The notes beneath the pieces were generated by a model that saw only the letters and a program-made list of their open reading frames with translations, was not told the DNA's origin and did no database searches. The position numbers were made by a program, and so were the translations under genes. DNA of 57,321 bases, counting the filler, from Sluysia triapertura (taxonomy: Eukaryota): the NCBI GenBank assembly GCA_046118255.1. It is 4 parts of 4 records of this genome, joined end to end, with 100 filler letters (N's around TTAATTAATTAA, not from the genome) between each part and the next. Parts side by side here need not be neighbours in the genome. Positions count along the whole stretch, not along the records: positions 35,318 to 57,321 come from JBJNIA010236222.1; 3 more parts are not named here. The stretch is one strand, 5' to 3'. Of the stretch, positions 51,290 to 57,321 are shown in pieces (the first letter of the stretch is position 1; each line of letters starts with the position of its first letter).

Positions 51290-54200
51290 ATGGCAAATAT
51301 GGAAGAAGATGGTTTAATATTTATGTCAAAAAATATAGAGACGAATTACCAAGGAATTCCTCAAATATTTTCTGTTGTAGGAATATATAAGATATCAGGT
51401 TTAACCTGGCGTTTAATCATAGGATGTTTCCCTTTCTTAGCTAAATATTTACTTCGTCGCCACGCAAATTCTCAGATAAACGTGTTAAAGAAGGAGCTCA
51501 CACAAGTTAATATACAAAACACAAATGCGAATCAAAATAACGAAATTCAAGAAGAAAACATGGAAGATATTGAAGAAATTAAAGAAGAACCAAATGAAAA
51601 TTGTATCCAATTCCTCCAACGTCACAGCCCAAGAATGATTTGCGCAAACTATTATGGTGCGAAACGGTCAATGGTTAAAATTAGAATTTATGGCATAATA
51701 ATGTCAGCTTTAATTGACACAGGAGCAGTAGCCTACCTAATAAACGAATCTTTCTTAATAAGTGAAGAACTTCAAAATTTAAAGGACCATTTTGTGAGTT
51801 AGGAAAAAATAAGTTTGAAATAAAATTAAGAGTTACGAAAAATTGTCCTGAAGATATGATTTTAGGTTTGGATGTATTATCACAATTAATGGAGTCGTAT
51901 TAGATTTTGATAAGGCGAAATTGATGGACAGCTATACAAACCATACAATAGATGATAATGATGTATTGTGGATGAATCATTTTGGTTATTAAGCAGGGTA
52001 GAATACTTTACTCCAGGAAAAACAAATAGCTTACTAACAGGTTCCATAATGTTTATTGCACCGGAGCTCAATCAAGAGAAATTAGTTATAAGAATTGCAG
52101 ATTCTATTTGTAACCTTTGCGAAGGTAGGATCCCCATAAGAATCATTAACTATTCTAAAGAAGATAAGTGTATATATGTGTGAACAAAATTAGGAAGAGT
52201 CGTAAACTATAAAGTTGAGTCTCATATTAAGCGAAAACAGAGTACAGTTAAATTACAGCTAAATATTGATGAGGATTACGAAGATATAAGAATTAATAAC
52301 AAGAATTTAACGAGAAAACAAATAGAAAAATTATATGCAGTAATCAGAAAATACCCTCATGATATTTCTCGTAATAAATATGATTTAGGAGATTCGGTAA
52401 TAATAAAACATGAAATACCACTAACCGAAGATAAAGTTATTCGTAAAAAACCAATATTACCGAATACCAATGTGCAATCAAGAACAAATAGAAACGATGA
52501 AAAGGCAGATATTATAAGACCAAGCTTTTCTTCATTCTCCTCACCTGTTCTTTTTCGTTACTCAGAATAGACAAGATGTTAGATAAATTACGAAACGCGT
52601 TGGATTTACAAAGTGGATGCTGACAGATATAAATAGCTGAAAAGGATAAACACAAAACTGCTTTTATTTGTGGAGATAAAGTGTACAAATGTGAAAAAAT
52701 GCCGATTGGTTTGGCAGAAGCACCGGCAACATTCTAACGCTGTATGAATTTCGTCCTTTCGGGTTGTAAGAATATAATGGTTTATATTGATGACATTATA
52801 ATCTTTTCGAAGGATTTTGACACATATGTTGCCAACACAGAAAATATTCTAAGAAGATTACAAGCTGCTGGATTAAAAGTTAAACCAACTAAATGTGTAC
52901 GGGAACAAGAGCAAGTAGAATTTCTTGAACACATCTTATGGAAGATTGGATCAGACCAAATTCACGGAACATTGAAAAAGTGGTTAAGTTTCCTCAACTG
53001 ATAATATTAAGAAAGTACAAAGTTTCTTAGATTTAGCTAATACTACCGTAGATTTTGCTAAAATTTCACACCCGCTAAGAATTTTAACTAAAAAAGATGT
53101 TGAGTTCAAATGGACAGATGCACAGTTAACAACCGCATCAATTTTATTCTTTCCTGATATTAACAAACCTTTTATTTTAACTACTGATGCAAGTAATTAT
53201 GCAATAGGCGCAATATTAGGTCAAAAAGATAGAAATAATTTCGAAGGAGTAATAGCATGCGCTAGTAGAATACTAAAAAAACAGAAATGAATTACTCAAC
53301 AATATGAAGAGAGTGTTTAGGAATAGCATTATGATTGTAAATTATTTCGTCATTACTTGTTAGGACAAAAAGTATTCCTGTACACTGACTATAAGCCACT
53401 AACTTACTTGTAAATCATAGAGACGAAGTAAGTAGATAAAATAGGTTTAATAAGTTATCCGAATTCGATATAGATATAATCTATAAACGCGGAACTCTCA
53501 ATAATGATGCAGATTACATGTCTCGATTGACGAGTGTTGACGAAGATGGTAATATAAATTTTATTGATATCACGAATATTTCGGGTAAGGCTGAATATCC
53601 TAAAGAAATATCCTAAACTGGCTGAAAATTAACAATAATAGATGGAGTTTTGAGATTTAAGAATTCGAAAGATCAATGGAGAACTTTAATTCCAAAATTT
53701 AATTCTAGGACTTTAACTGTACTACTCATTCAATTTCACGATGGACAATTAGGTGGTCACCTTTCCCATAGAAAAAAAGATAAAAGATAAATATTATTGG
53801 GATGGAATGGAAGAAATGGTGCAATGATTTTACTGTTTGTTACAGAAGAAAAAATGCAGATGTTAAAACAAAGGTACCACTTAAACCAATGCCTGTACCA
53901 TTATCACCAATGGAATTTATAGCTATGAATATAATAGATCCATAACAGAAACAGTGGCGGGGAATAAGTATATCATAGTTTTGGCGGATTACTTAACTAA
54001 ATATCCAATGCCTAATCAAAAGGCCGAAATTAGTTGAGAAAATTATATATAGATATGGAGCTCCAAGGAAATTATTAACAGACCAATGTACAAATTTTAC
54101 AAGTGAAGTCATTAAATCAATTGCTAAAATATTTAACATATTAAGGACCTATACATCCCCAAACCATCTGCAAACTGACGTTCTTGTCTAAAGATTTAAT

Positions 54201-54789
54201 AGAACTTTAACTAACATGCTTCAATCATATGTAAATGATAGGCAAACCGACTGGGAATTGTATATCCTCCATGTTTGTTCGCTTATAGAATTTCTGTACA
54301 TCCTGCTACTAACTTTAAGCCTTTTATTTAATGTACGGTAGACATTCAAATATGCAAGTAGACTTAGATTGGATGCCACCAACTTCACAGTATTTAGAAA
54401 TTCCCGATTATGTTATAGTTATGCGCAAAAATCCAGAAAATGCTTGGAAACGCGCTGGTTTACAAAAAAGATATTCTCAGGAATCATACAAGGATACGTA
54501 CGACAAGAAAGCTAAGGATCAAAATTTTAAGGTAGGAGATAAAGTTTTAATAGATTATCCTTTAACAAAACCCGGTCACTCTCCTAAACTTCATAAACCT
54601 TTTAAAGGACCGTACGAAGTCACTAAAACAACTTCAAATAATTTATGTGTTAAGGAACCGAATAAAATAAACTCTGAGACATTTGTGGTTCATGTAAATC
54701 GATGTAAATTAACGTCAAATAATGAATACAATTTAAGAAATAGGAAAATCACAAAAACAGTATTGAAAGTAATACCTAAAAAAAGATAA
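51290..54789 (+). pseudogene. pol: pol polyprotein remnant (protease, RT, RNase H, integrase with GPY/F)
   Basis: ALIDTGA (DTG at 51716-51724) and MILGLD; MPIGLAEAPATF and YIDDIII (52783-52794); LTTDASNYAIGAILGQ (~53180); FHDGQLGGHL (~53735); LLTDQCTNF; FKGPYEV and VHVNRCK. Confidence 0.93.
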
Positions 54790-55223
54790 AGACAAACCAC
54801 ATGTTATTTCCTCGTCAGTGAACAAACAAATAATAATGATGATAAAATCTTCATTAAATTTAAATTTAATTAATCATATATAACACAAAACGTTCAAATT
54901 AACCGAAGATAGATTAGAGCCGTTATTGATACTGGTGCCAGTAACTCTATCGTTAATACAATATGTTGACTACTTTAGAAGTTTCTATGATGCATCAACC
55001 AGCACTAACTGTCTATTGTGTCAACAATATTCCCACTGACATAAACGGGGCATTACAATGTCAAATTACGATTTTATATACGAATGTTTGTGTTCCGATA
55101 CTAGTATGTCCTTATGAAATATTTATCGATTTGGATGTGATCAAACATTTAGAGGATATAGTAATTCATAGTAGGCACGGATTTGTGAAATTACCAATAG
55201 GCTCGCGTATAATTTTATCATAA
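54790..55223 (+). pseudogene. Second retropepsin-like aspartic protease domain downstream of integrase
   Basis: In the integrase frame it reads VQINRR*IRAVIDTGASNSIVN (DTG at 54928-54936). After a frameshift it continues in ORF 54963..55223 to YEIFIDLDVIKHL (ILG.D-like). Confidence 0.75.
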
Positions 55224-55297
55224 GTGGTTCTTTCGTCTATAGGCGTTCAACCTAATCCAACACAACAAGTTTATAGCACCACACATTAGTCCACATC

Positions 55298-56449
55298 ATG
55301 TCATCTACACCAGACTTGAAATCCGAATCTTCATCCGATAGTATAGATAACTCAGACGTAACATCACTTTCTTCCGAAAATGAAACCTACCATCCCAATG
55401 TAATGCTCGTTTCAACACGTAGTAGAGATACAACATTCAGGATAAAATCACTCTCTGTTTTAAGATTGCTTTTCTTAATTCTGCTATTATGTATTAGAAT
55501 CACGGGTTTTACATATGTAGATGAAATCGAAAAGGAAATGCGCAATACTAGAAATGCATTACGATATAGTGTTGAACAAACATTTATGCTTAAGAATTTT
55601 TATAACTAATATTGGCCGATAAATCCTATGTTAAAATTCCCCAGACATTCATCGTTATCTCATTGAGTTTATTTCAAACCATTACTGATAAGAAAACCGT
55701 ATACACTCTACAACAGCTCTTAATGTCTGCATTATGCTAACAGATCCGTGCCAATAACACTTGCTTTAGTAGATGATAGAGGTAAATCTGTTGAAAAGTT
55801 TTATCAATCTATCAGTAATCATGCAATTGTGACTAATGATACAAACAAATCTCGAGACATTTTTACGACATCTAGTAAAATTTTTGAAATTAACTCTTTA
55901 CCAGAATATAAGTCACTAGGTAAGATCACATTACTATTACTAGTTTTTACTGTTTGTTACACATTATACTACATCTTCATCTTTAGGCGAAATGAGAGAT
56001 TATTCATTAATAAAAAATTGCTACTTTTATTAGCTTTGATCATAATGATTTCATCAGCTAACAGTGAACACACTTTTAGGTCGGAATATTTCGAATTCCA
56101 TAATTTAGATAGTGAAATAAGAGTTAAGTTTTTGGATAATAATATTCGTGCAAAATTTACTTGTCTTCGACCGGCGAGACTTAATTGGAGCTTTTGGATA
56201 ATTCATGAGCTACTTATAAATAATGTAATACATTTTTTTACGATTTGTTCAGATATACTATCAAGTGAAGATAGACACATGATTGCTCGAATTCATTTAA
56301 ACCGTAAATGCGTAGAAGAGTTGCATTTTTCATTTAAGGGAAGGAATACAAAGACCAATATCATAGAAAGTCTCAATAACCATCAATTTGCAATATTTTT
56401 TATGGTCTTTACAGTAATAATCATTCTAGTATTAATAATCTTTTTTTAG
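55298..56449 (+). pseudogene. env-position membrane polyprotein (ORFs 55298..55609 and 55748..56449 are in the same frame, separated by three stops)
   Basis: Four hydrophobic segments: LRLLFLILLLCIRITG, ITLLLLVFTVCYTLYYIFIF, KKLLLLLALIIMISSANS and FAIFFMVFTVIIILVLIIFF. Confidence 0.6.
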
Positions 56450-57120
56450 TAGTCTGTCTTTTCACTCGATACAGAAATGTTTCTTCCAATTTTCATTCTA
56501 ATACAGATAATGGTCATTATTCGATACCTTATCATTATGATTCTTCATTTTAAAATCAATTCTTTTATAATTAAAAGTTTGCAGATGCTTTAAAAGGTTT
56601 TCAGATATTTTTAAGATATTTAAATATAAAATTTATTCAAGAGAAGATATCAAAGTTTTTAAAAGAAAAGATTTATTTAAAATTGTAATCTACATCACAT
56701 AATTTACAAGATTTTTCTTTTGGACATTTAATTGTATCGTTAGTTTTATTCTTTATAAGATTAGCAATACTTAAAATTGCGTTAATAAAATCCAGATTAA
56801 AACATTTCATTAAGATAGCTCAGTAAAATCATTTATTTAAAATATAAAAAAAGTAAAATATAAAGAATAATCTATTAAAACTATTTATCATTTTATTTAT
56901 AAAATTTTGTTATCGTTTTTTATCAAGTTGTATACCTTTTGTATTTAATATACCTTCATAGTTTAAAGTATTTTTAATTAATCAAAAATAAATATACTTT
57001 CTTTTAAGATGTCTTATAAGAAACCTCAATAAATTTTCGATAATAATTATAAACTTAGAAAATTGATTTGTATAAGTTAGGAATAATAACGTTAAAAAAA
57101 GAAAGAACAAAAACATTAAT

Positions 57121-57164
<44 letters not shown>

Positions 57165-57321
57165 TGATATCTTCTTCCAACTTGGAGAGTTAGTCTTGCT
57201 GCTTGATTAATTATTAATTGTAATTTTTTCACTTTTCTATCTGAAATTGTTAAAATCTATGTTGCTAGTTATCAATGAGTGAACAATAAGTTTAGCTGTT
57301 TCTTTATTAATAAATTTTCGA

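Larger units (their letters stand above)
48185..57170 (+). mobile_element. Degenerate ~9-kb Ty3/Gypsy LTR retrotransposon with extra 3' coding region
   Basis: Starts with the LTR-family 5' end TGTTAGGTTGTCATCACAACCCT, then a gag-like low-complexity region, then PR-RT-RNaseH-IN in Gypsy order, then extra ORFs. Boundaries are approximate. Confidence 0.88.

Noticed and set aside
48303-56449. Alternative genetic code to explain in-frame stops
   Set aside because: Host genes translate cleanly with the standard code and end in TAA or TGA. The TE frames also contain frameshifts, which indicates decay.

Overview
This is very AT-rich eukaryotic (animal-like) genomic DNA, not prokaryotic. It has GT-AG introns, some as short as 39-40 nt, many (ATT)n microsatellites and dense transposon debris. 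Three artificial 100-bp spacers (N-run + TTAATTAATTAA + N-run) split the window into four contigs whose adjacency cannot be trusted. Host genes reconstructed by hand from exons: (i) a complete 4-exon SRSF1/SRSF9-type SR splicing factor (minus strand, 37339-47562); (ii) four exons of a PDE2-type GAF-domain phosphodiesterase (plus strand, 14929-16250); (iii) two exons of ANKZF1/Vms1 (minus strand, 18104-21073); (iv) a spliced 70-aa microprotein (plus strand, 28189-29571); (v) a few orphan exons and ORFs. Mobile DNA includes three ~830-bp solo-LTR-like copies, mariner and pogo/Tigger remnants, several TTAA- and TA-flanked MITEs, a deleted Ty3/Gypsy element inside an SR intron, and a ~9-kb degenerate Ty3/Gypsy element (48185-57170). 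The large element is the best novelty candidate. After PR-RT-RNaseH-IN it carries a second retropepsin domain in frame with pol, then a small membrane polyprotein with a signal-ectodomain-TM-signal-ectodomain-TM layout in the env position. All homology calls come from motif recognition by eye; no searches were run.
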